Shown here: positions 57,742-64,000 of the stretch, in pieces
Position numbering within the stretch: position 1 is the stretch's first letter
Layout: the number at the start of each line of letters is the position of its first letter
Virus record (IMG/VR): IMGVR_UViG_3300031718_000007
Coordinates: 1,789-65,788 of that record
Direction: 5' to 3' (one strand)
Source: a virus
Lineage: Duplodnaviria; Caudoviricetes
DNA length: 64,000 bases
Notes under the pieces: model-generated
What the model was told of the DNA's origin: nothing
Databases searched by the model: none
What the model saw: only the letters and a program-made list of their open reading frames with translations
Position numbers and translations under genes: made by a program

Positions 57742-58065
57742 ATGCTGATCCGAACCGACTTTCAGACGAGGCTCGTGCACGCGACCGCAGGCGAACGTAT
57801 AATTTATCACACGGGAGACCTGATGTTTGCTAGGGAACGCGGGTCCCAGCTTGACGCCACTGCCAACGCCGCCTGGGACGCGCACCTAGCCGGGGAATGT
57901 CTCTTAGTCCAGCGGCGCGTCGGCCCGAGCACCTGGGAGTACATCGCGATCCGCACTCCTGCGGGCTATCCGAAGCCGGAGTATACCGGCGCCTATGATG
58001 CTGATTTTCTCACCGGCAAACAGCCGCGATCGGGCGGCGTTCGTACTGCGTTACAGCGGAGGTAA
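57742..58065 (+). CDS. hypothetical protein
   Basis: YHTG.L...L.QRR....YIA motif; GGAGAGG SD. Confidence 0.6.
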   Translation: MLIRTDFQTRLVHATAGERIIYHTGDLMFARERGSQLDATANAAWDAHLAGECLLVQRRVGPSTWEYIAIRTPAGYPKPEYTGAYDADFLTGKQPRSGGVRTALQRR

Positions 58066-58069
58066 CACG

Positions 58070-58210
58070 ATGTTACACAACATAAGTATGCTGCTCGCCT
58101 TGTGGTTTTTGGCAATGGGCGTCGTGAATGCCGTAAAGGGGCGCAGTTTGCTCGCCCTTTGGTGCGCTATGGTATTCCTGGTTATCGGCGTAGTGGCGTT
58201 GAGCACATGA
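58070..58210 (+). CDS. small membrane protein
   Basis: Two hydrophobic segments; GGAGG SD; ATGA overlap downstream. Confidence 0.5.
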   Translation: MLHNISMLLALWFLAMGVVNAVKGRSLLALWCAMVFLVIGVVALST

Positions 58211-58626
58211 CCCCCGAAGGTAGGATCAAAGCAAAGGTGAAACGTGCGCTCGCCACATTGGGCAAGCGCTATTGCTTCATGCCAGTGCAGAACGGCATGG
58301 GCGCACCGAGCCTGGATTTTGTTAACTCTATCTACGGGTTTTTTGTCGCGATTGAAACAAAGACCCCTGGCAAACAGTTGACCCCACGGCAGAAGACGAC
58401 TGCCCGGGCAGTCGCCTATGGCAGTTTGGGCAGTGTGTTTGTCATTCGAGACGATACGGACATAGCAGTAGCTATGATGCACATGCGGGACCCAATATTA
58501 TTGAACCGCAACCGCGTCTGCGGCGGGGCCATCTATGATACGCTGTGGGATGGCTCTGCACCGGGAGAAGCCAATGGGCATCCATCAGTGGACGAAGCCG
58601 AGCGTACACCGGATAACGATAACTGA
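58207..58626 (+). CDS. VRR-NUC domain nuclease
   Basis: TPEG.IK, G...D, AIETK..G...T.RQ. Confidence 0.85.
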   Translation: MTPEGRIKAKVKRALATLGKRYCFMPVQNGMGAPSLDFVNSIYGFFVAIETKTPGKQLTPRQKTTARAVAYGSLGSVFVIRDDTDIAVAMMHMRDPILLNRNRVCGGAIYDTLWDGSAPGEANGHPSVDEAERTPDNDN

Positions 58627-58724
58627 CGGCGACTACGCCAACGTCGTAGTGACTTTTGAGCAGAATACGGAGCGCAGCGTGGTGGAAGCCATCCTGCGAT
58701 CTCCCAAATGGTACGTGCTGAATA

Positions 58725-60269
58725 ATGCAAGTCCTCGTAAGCAAACCTAATCAGGCTCTCGTGCTGCCGCCCGAGCCGGCGGTGCTCTCGATGTTCCCAG
58801 GAGCACCGACGTTACAGGGCGGTAACTTGATCGTGCCGCACGGCGTTCGCGAGACGCTGATCATGCGGCACCTGGGCGTCGACGTTCCGAGCCCGATGCT
58901 GTGTTACTATGACTGGGTGGGCGGCAAGCCCTATGCCGTGCAGCGCGCGACGTGCAAGCTGCTCACCGAGCACCCGCGGGCGTACGTGCTCAACGACCTC
59001 GGCACCGGCAAGACGAAGACGGTATTATGGGCGTGGGACTATCTGAACAAGTGCGGCCTCGCCGGCAAGCTGTTGGTGGTGGCTCCCCTGTCGACGCTGA
59101 ACTTTGTCTGGGCGCACGAAGTGTTCTCTACGCTGCCGCACCGTCGCTGTGTGATCCTGCACGGCACGAAGGCCGAGCGACTGGCGCGGCTCGCGACCGA
59201 CGCGGATATCTACGTGGTCAACCATGACGGCCTAAAGGTGATCGAGGAAGCGCTGCACTGTCGCGCGGACGTAGACGTGTTGGCCATCGACGAGCTAGCG
59301 GCCTATCGAAACAATTCAGAGCGCTCAAAACGCATGCGCAAGTTCGCAGCGAGATTTACCTACGCCTGGGGGATGACCGGCAAGCCCATGCCGCACGAGC
59401 CAGTGGACGTGTGGGGGCAGTGCATGATCCTCACCCCGCACACGGTTCCCAAGTATCGTAACCGCTGTAAAGAAATTCTGATGAACAAACAGAGCCAGTT
59501 CGTCTGGACGCCTAAGCCGGACGCGGTCGAGCGCGCATTTCAAATGATGCAGCCGAGCGTGCGGTACACGCTCCAAGATGTGACAGAACTGCCTGACGTG
59601 ACGTATCGAGACATAGACGTAGGCATGAGCGCGGAGCAGGAAAAAACCTACAAGAAAGTTGCGACGACGATGCAGGCAATGGTGAAGAACCACCAGATTA
59701 CCGCCGTCAACGCCGGCGCCGCCATGAATAAGCTGCTGCAGATCGCCGGCGGCTGGGTCTATACTCAGAACCCGGATTTTATCCGTGTGGACCCGACACC
59801 GCGGCTGGTCGCGCTCGCAGATATCTTATCAGATGCCACCGAGAAGGTGCTGGTCGCGATCCCGTATCGGCATATGATCGACGGCGTGAGCAAGATACTC
59901 AGCCTGAAGGGCGTCGAGATCGAACATTGTGTGGTGCATGGTGACACCAAGGACCGCGACGTGCTGTTCAACCTATTTCAGAACACAGACAAATATCCGG
60001 TCATGTTGGTGCATCCGCAGTGCGTCGCGCACGGACTGACGTTGACGCGAGCCAGCACGATCGTCTGGTATCTGCCGACCACGTCGCTGGAAATCTACGA
60101 CCAGTTCAACGCGCGCATTCGGCGCATAGGCCAGAAATACAAACAACAGGTGTTGCACCTGTTCGGCACGCCGGTCGAGAAGAAAGTCTACCGGATGCTC
60201 CGGCATCACCAGAAGATGCAGAACATGTTCCTGCAAATGGTGGAAGATGCGACGAGCGAGGCGATTTAG
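58725..60269 (+). CDS. SNF2-like SF2 helicase
   Basis: GTGKT, IDEL, MTG.P, HGLTL, Q...RI.R.GQ. Confidence 0.9.
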   Translation: MQVLVSKPNQALVLPPEPAVLSMFPGAPTLQGGNLIVPHGVRETLIMRHLGVDVPSPMLCYYDWVGGKPYAVQRATCKLLTEHPRAYVLNDLGTGKTKTVLWAWDYLNKCGLAGKLLVVAPLSTLNFVWAHEVFSTLPHRRCVILHGTKAERLARLATDADIYVVNHDGLKVIEEALHCRADVDVLAIDELAAYRNNSERSKRMRKFAARFTYAWGMTGKPMPHEPVDVWGQCMILTPHTVPKYRNRCKEILMNKQSQFVWTPKPDAVERAFQMMQPSVRYTLQDVTELPDVTYRDIDVGMSAEQEKTYKKVATTMQAMVKNHQITAVNAGAAMNKLLQIAGGWVYTQNPDFIRVDPTPRLVALADILSDATEKVLVAIPYRHMIDGVSKILSLKGVEIEHCVVHGDTKDRDVLFNLFQNTDKYPVMLVHPQCVAHGLTLTRASTIVWYLPTTSLEIYDQFNARIRRIGQKYKQQVLHLFGTPVEKKVYRMLRHHQKMQNMFLQMVEDATSEAI

Positions 60270-60300
60270 ACCACCGCGGCAAAGGTAACAGGAGCAAAAG

Positions 60301-60495
60301 ATGACAGTTGCACGGACAGCAAGACGCCGCCGCAAGCAAGCCGTTAATCGCTTTCGGCACCTTGCGCGGATCGGCCGCGGCAATAACAATCGTACGATCT
60401 ATTCCATGCACAGCGTGGAAACGTACGAGAAGCGCGCTGCTGCGGCCCGCGAACGCCGGCTGAATATCGCGGCTCGCAAAGGAAGGAAATCCTAA
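60301..60495 (+). CDS. small Arg-rich protein
   Basis: AGGAG SD. Confidence 0.5.
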   Translation: MTVARTARRRRKQAVNRFRHLARIGRGNNNRTIYSMHSVETYEKRAAAARERRLNIAARKGRKS

Positions 60496-60497
60496 CG

Positions 60498-60911
60498 ATG
60501 GACATTGACAAAAAGGTGGAACAGTTCATCGCACTGCGCGACGCGCGCCGTGATCTGAAAAAGAACTACGAAGATACTGACCGGGGTTTACGAGTTCTTC
60601 AGGAAACTCTGGAAGGACAGTTATCAGCGTTCATGAGCGCGAACAAAACAGAGAACTTGAAGACCGCCCATGGGACATGCTACACGACTGTCAGATATTC
60701 AGCCTCGCTCGCAGATGCAGATGCCTTCATGAACTTTGTGATAAGCAATCAGGCCTATGACCTGCTGGATCGGCGGGCGAACGCCAACGCGGTGCGCGAC
60801 TATCTGTCCGAGCACCCCAAATCAACAGTACCCGGCTGCAACCTCAGCGCCTTGGAGCATGTCGGGGTCCGTCGCAAATCAGCTAACGGCAAGAGCGACA
60901 ACGACGAGTAA
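60498..60911 (+). CDS. conserved coiled-coil replication-module protein
   Basis: KT..GT...D...F...LL..R...PG pattern. Confidence 0.65.
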   Translation: MDIDKKVEQFIALRDARRDLKKNYEDTDRGLRVLQETLEGQLSAFMSANKTENLKTAHGTCYTTVRYSASLADADAFMNFVISNQAYDLLDRRANANAVRDYLSEHPKSTVPGCNLSALEHVGVRRKSANGKSDNDE

Positions 60912-60946
60912 CAGGCGCTGTAACGCATCCTCGAAAGGAGAACCCA

Positions 60947-62245
60947 ATGGGTCAAGAACTCGTGATCCCCGGCACGTTCAAGGGGCCGGCAAAAGCGTTC
61001 CAGCAGCTTGCTGGAAAAGGTGACAGCCTCGCAGTTGGCATCGGCCAGAGCTACGGCGTGCTCAACTACAAGGGCAAAGTCTGGTCGCTGCGCTACCGCG
61101 GCGAAAAGAAAACGTTCGTGCGGCCGGATGACGGCACGCCGGCGAACTATCTCGATGTGATCATCCTCGGGCAGGCGAAGACCAAGTCCAAGTCCTTCTT
61201 CGCCAAATATGACCCGAACAGTGGCGACAGCGGCGACCGGCCGATCTGCTCGTCCATTGACGGCATCCTGCCGGACGATGACGTGACGCAGAAGCAAGCG
61301 GAAAGCTGCTCTCTGTGCCCCCGCAACGTCTGGAAGACTGACCCGGCGACTGGCCGGCGGGGCCGCGAATGCACGGATTACAAGCGCCTTGCAGTGCTTG
61401 TGCTCCCGCCGCAGACCCGGGCGATCCTGGGCCAGCCGCTTATGGAGGCTGTGTTCCTGCGCGTGCCGCCCGCATCGCTGAACTCGCTCGCGATCATGGG
61501 CGACACGATGGAGAAGCAAGGCTATCACTTTTCGAGCTACATCACGCGGATCACGTTCGACCCGCAGAAATCGTGGCCCGAAATGGTGTTCAAGCCGGTG
61601 CAGGAACTGACTGATGCCGAGGCCCCGGTGATCTTCGAATTGATGGGGGATGACCTCGTCAAGCGCATCACGGAAGGTGATATCTCTCGACGCAACAACG
61701 GTGAGGACGGCGTAGGCATTCAGGTGATCCCGCCCGGACAGAGCGCGTTACAGAACGCTCCGCAGACCTTGCAGGCGGCGCAACCGCAGCCGGGAGCGCC
61801 CTTGAGCCCTTTGCAGAACGCATCCGCTGGCGCAACCTCGCCGCCCGCCGCGGCGCCGCCTCCCCAACCGGGGTCTTCCATTATCGTGCCCCAGGCTCCC
61901 GTACAGGCCACAGCCTTGCATACCGAGGCATCTGCCCCGCCTGCTATTACCAATGGGGCACAGATGAACGGTGGCGCATTCGGCGGCTTGAGTGCCCCGC
62001 CATCCGCGTCGCCGGCGGATGGACAGCGCCTCCAAGCACAGCCGTCTGTGGCGGATACGGGCACTGTGGCGGATACGGGCATTCTGTCTGGTGGTGCGAA
62101 TGGTGTGATCCCTTCCGACCATAAGGCGGCCCCATCGGCACCCCCGGCAGTGGCCGTCGCGTCGAATTCTGACGCTGGTGTAGCGGAGGAAAGTGACGCC
62201 GATCTGGACGCACGCATCGCAAGCATCCTCGCCAAAAAAGCGTAA
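60947..62245 (+). CDS. putative ssDNA-binding or annealing protein
   Basis: P.C.S.DG..P...C..CP.N...C, LRVP.ASL; disordered acidic tail. Confidence 0.6.
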   Translation: MGQELVIPGTFKGPAKAFQQLAGKGDSLAVGIGQSYGVLNYKGKVWSLRYRGEKKTFVRPDDGTPANYLDVIILGQAKTKSKSFFAKYDPNSGDSGDRPICSSIDGILPDDDVTQKQAESCSLCPRNVWKTDPATGRRGRECTDYKRLAVLVLPPQTRAILGQPLMEAVFLRVPPASLNSLAIMGDTMEKQGYHFSSYITRITFDPQKSWPEMVFKPVQELTDAEAPVIFELMGDDLVKRITEGDISRRNNGEDGVGIQVIPPGQSALQNAPQTLQAAQPQPGAPLSPLQNASAGATSPPAAAPPPQPGSSIIVPQAPVQATALHTEASAPPAITNGAQMNGGAFGGLSAPPSASPADGQRLQAQPSVADTGTVADTGILSGGANGVIPSDHKAAPSAPPAVAVASNSDAGVAEESDADLDARIASILAKKA

Positions 62246-62262
62246 AGCTGGACAGGTGAGGG

Positions 62263-62646
62263 GTGTCCACTCCGCGGGAACGAGCAAGAGAGAGCCGTCG
62301 TAAATGGGCGGCCTCTCCTAAAGGACAGGCGTGGCTCGCGGTGCATCATCGTGGGCCGACCTGGAACGCACGACAGTGTGAACTGCGCCGCATTCGTCTG
62401 TATGGGCTTTCTAATGCAGCCGTTGAAAATCTATTGCGGCAACAGCACCGACAATGTAAAATTTGTAGAAAGCCTCTCTCCAAATCCGTTTGTGTTGTTG
62501 ATCATAACCATAGAACAAACAAGGTTAGAGGCCTGCTTTGTCGAAAATGCAACGGAGGTTTAGGACAGTTTCAAGATGATCCGGCGATTGTGATGGCCGC
62601 CGTAGAATATCTTGCAAAGGATTTTTCAAATGCCAACGCCTCGTGA
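62263..62646 (+). CDS. endonuclease VII-like nuclease
   Basis: YGL, C.IC, VDHNH....VRGLLC..CN..LG.F.D; lower GC. Confidence 0.85.
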   Translation: MSTPRERARESRRKWAASPKGQAWLAVHHRGPTWNARQCELRRIRLYGLSNAAVENLLRQQHRQCKICRKPLSKSVCVVDHNHRTNKVRGLLCRKCNGGLGQFQDDPAIVMAAVEYLAKDFSNANAS

Positions 62647-64000
62647 TTTTTTAGAACGGGTGCTAGCTTGGCCTGCCGAAGGGGAGCCGGGTTTTTGTAA
62701 CCTTCACTGGAACAGTCAACGCGTGAACATGGCCGGTCGCCCATTCACGAAACTGGATGACATGATGGGTCTCGTGCAGTGGGGCGCGGTGAACCCGTCC
62801 GCGATGAAGGATATCTGGTTCTGCACGAGCACCCAGGCTGCGACCGGCAAGAGCAAGGCCACTGGAAAGATCATCGCCGCTCGTCACGCCGACATGGCGC
62901 TGAAGCTGAAATCACTTTGGTTAGATGTTGATGTTAAAGAGGAAAAGGGATATGCGACGCTCAACGAAGCGCTCGACGCCGTCAACGCCTTTGTCGCTGC
63001 AGCAGGCCTACCAGCGCCGTCTGCGCTGGTACTCTCTGGCGGGGGTGTACACGTCTACTGGATTAGCGATCGTGCGCTTACTACGACAGAGTGGCGACCT
63101 TTCGCCGCGGGCCTGCGAGCAGAAGCTGAACGACTTGGTCTCAAATGCGATTATGGCCTCACGACGGACCCTGCGCGCATCCTCCGCGTCCCGGGCACGT
63201 TCAACCACAAAACGATCCCACCGAAAGTTGTCAAGCTTGCGGCGCTCGGCGCCAGCTATGACTTCGCCACCGCGCCAGGACTTTCGGGGCTTGCGGCTCT
63301 CGCGCCGACCGTTACAGCGGCTGTAACCGCCGATGCCGCGTTCGATCTTTCAGGGTTCAGCGGTAAGATGGCAAGCGCATTCTCGCACCTGGACCCGCAT
63401 GACAGTCTCTCTGCAGGGATCAACACCTATGACGAAACGCCCCTCAACCCCGACGCTGTATTTCTATACTGCCCACACTTCCAACGCGCGGCCGTTGAGC
63501 ACGGACGGGACTTTCCACAAGGGCTGTGGATGCTCGACATGCTCGCAGCTACTTTCATGGATGACGGTCGCCGATGGGGACATTTTCTTTCCAGAGGATA
63601 CGCCGGGTATACACGAGACGAAACTGATAAGATGTATGACCGCAAGGTTCGGGATCGTGAAAGTGCGGGTCTTGGATGGCCATCTTGTAGCGCATTCGAG
63701 AACGAAGGTTCTAAAGATTGCAAGGGATGCATCTTCCATAACAAGATCAGATCACCACTTAACCTTGCCGAGCGCCAAACACCGGCCGCCCTTCCAGCAC
63801 CGCAGCCAGTCCCGCTAGCCCCCTTGCCGCCCGAGGACCTGGACGATCTGCCGACTGGGTGGGTGTACGGATCAGACGGCATCATCAACGAGATCGTGGC
63901 CGAGGAAGTGGACGGCCAGATGGTGGATAGGCTCTACCCGCTGTTCATGTCCCACCTGCGACGGTTCAAGGTATCAGGGTCGAGCAGCGGCGGGGCGGGT
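62630..64000 (+). CDS. primase-polymerase (AEP/RepB-like) with Cys-containing C-terminal region, truncated by the window end
   Basis: Translated in part by hand from ATG 62630: WLDVD, SGGGVHVYW, ARILRVPGT.N.K, GWPSC...C..C. Confidence 0.8.
   Translation, partial: MPTPRDFLERVLAWPAEGEPGFCNLHWNSQRVNMAGRPFTKLDDMMGLVQWGAVNPSAMKDIWFCTSTQAATGKSKATGKIIAARHADMALKLKSLWLDVDVKEEKGYATLNEALDAVNAFVAAAGLPAPSALVLSGGGVHVYWISDRALTTTEWRPFAAGLRAEAERLGLKCDYGLTTDPARILRVPGTFNHKTIPPKVVKLAALGASYDFATAPGLSGLAALAPTVTAAVTADAAFDLSGFSGKMASAFSHLDPHDSLSAGINTYDETPLNPDAVFLYCPHFQRAAVEHGRDFPQGLWMLDMLAATFMDDGRRWGHFLSRGYAGYTRDETDKMYDRKVRDRESAGLGWPSCSAFENEGSKDCKGCIFHNKIRSPLNLAERQTPAALPAPQPVPLAPLPPEDLDDLPTGWVYGSDGIINEIVAEEVDGQMVDRLYPLFMSHLRRFKVSGSSSGGAG

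Larger units (their letters stand above)
48..63327. repeat. dispersed palindrome family GTTACAG-N2-4-CTGTAAC (about 24 copies)
   Basis: Perfect arms at 48, 4611, 15264, 18981, 24700, 35317, 37745, 63311; one or two mismatches at 11933, 12722, 29517, 42317, 44090, 45414, 47716, 49775, 52055, 52961, 54031, 55272, 56573, 58050, 58811, 60908. Confidence 0.85.

Noticed and set aside
48-63327. Dispersed palindrome as a CRISPR repeat, alphaproteobacterial LexA box or repABC parS
   Set aside because: No regular spacers; that LexA box is a GTTC-N7-GTTC direct repeat; the repABC parS consensus shares only the GTT...AAC ends
62925-63818. ORF-track proteins 62925-63326 and 63333-63818
   Set aside because: Off-frame overlaps of the primase gene that starts at 62630
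1-64000. Integrated prophage, diversity-generating retroelement or tRNA genes
   Set aside because: No integrase, host genes, reverse transcriptase or cloverleaf seen by eye; the genome continues beyond the window, so absence is not proven

Overview
The whole window is most of the genome of a GC-rich tailed dsDNA phage with podovirus-like organisation. No integrase, repressor, tRNA or CRISPR array was seen. A CtrA-like DNA-binding domain and a Rhizobiales-type ClpP-fold protein point to an alphaproteobacterial host (inference). Left arm, minus strand (~240-35200): portal, three paralogous collagen-like genes, a GT2-TPR glycosyltransferase, two HtrL/YibB-like glycosyltransferases, a 2OG-Fe(II) oxygenase, a SAM methyltransferase, scaffold, major capsid protein, adaptors, collagen/C1q fibres, lysis cassette, tail nozzle, three ejection proteins, a HiPIP-like Fe-S protein and an Ntn (HslV-like) protease. 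Terminase genes are on the plus strand (35287-38603). A minus-strand accessory block follows (CtrA-like wHTH, Acb2/Tad1-like sponge, GIY-YIG), then an AT-rich divergent control region with iterons (~44220-44630). The plus-strand early/replication arm carries MoxR-VWA, family A DNA polymerase, nucleotide enzymes, nucleases, an SNF2 helicase and a primase that runs off the end. Main findings: (1) a collagen-fibre modification locus; (2) about 24 copies of a dispersed palindrome GTTACAG-N2-4-CTGTAAC, mostly inside genes; (3) a recurring [FYM]-A-x-G-G motif in internal virion proteins, in an operon that ends with an Ntn protease; (4) a phage HiPIP; (5) a receiver-less CtrA mimic. All product calls come from motif recognition by eye; no database searches were run.
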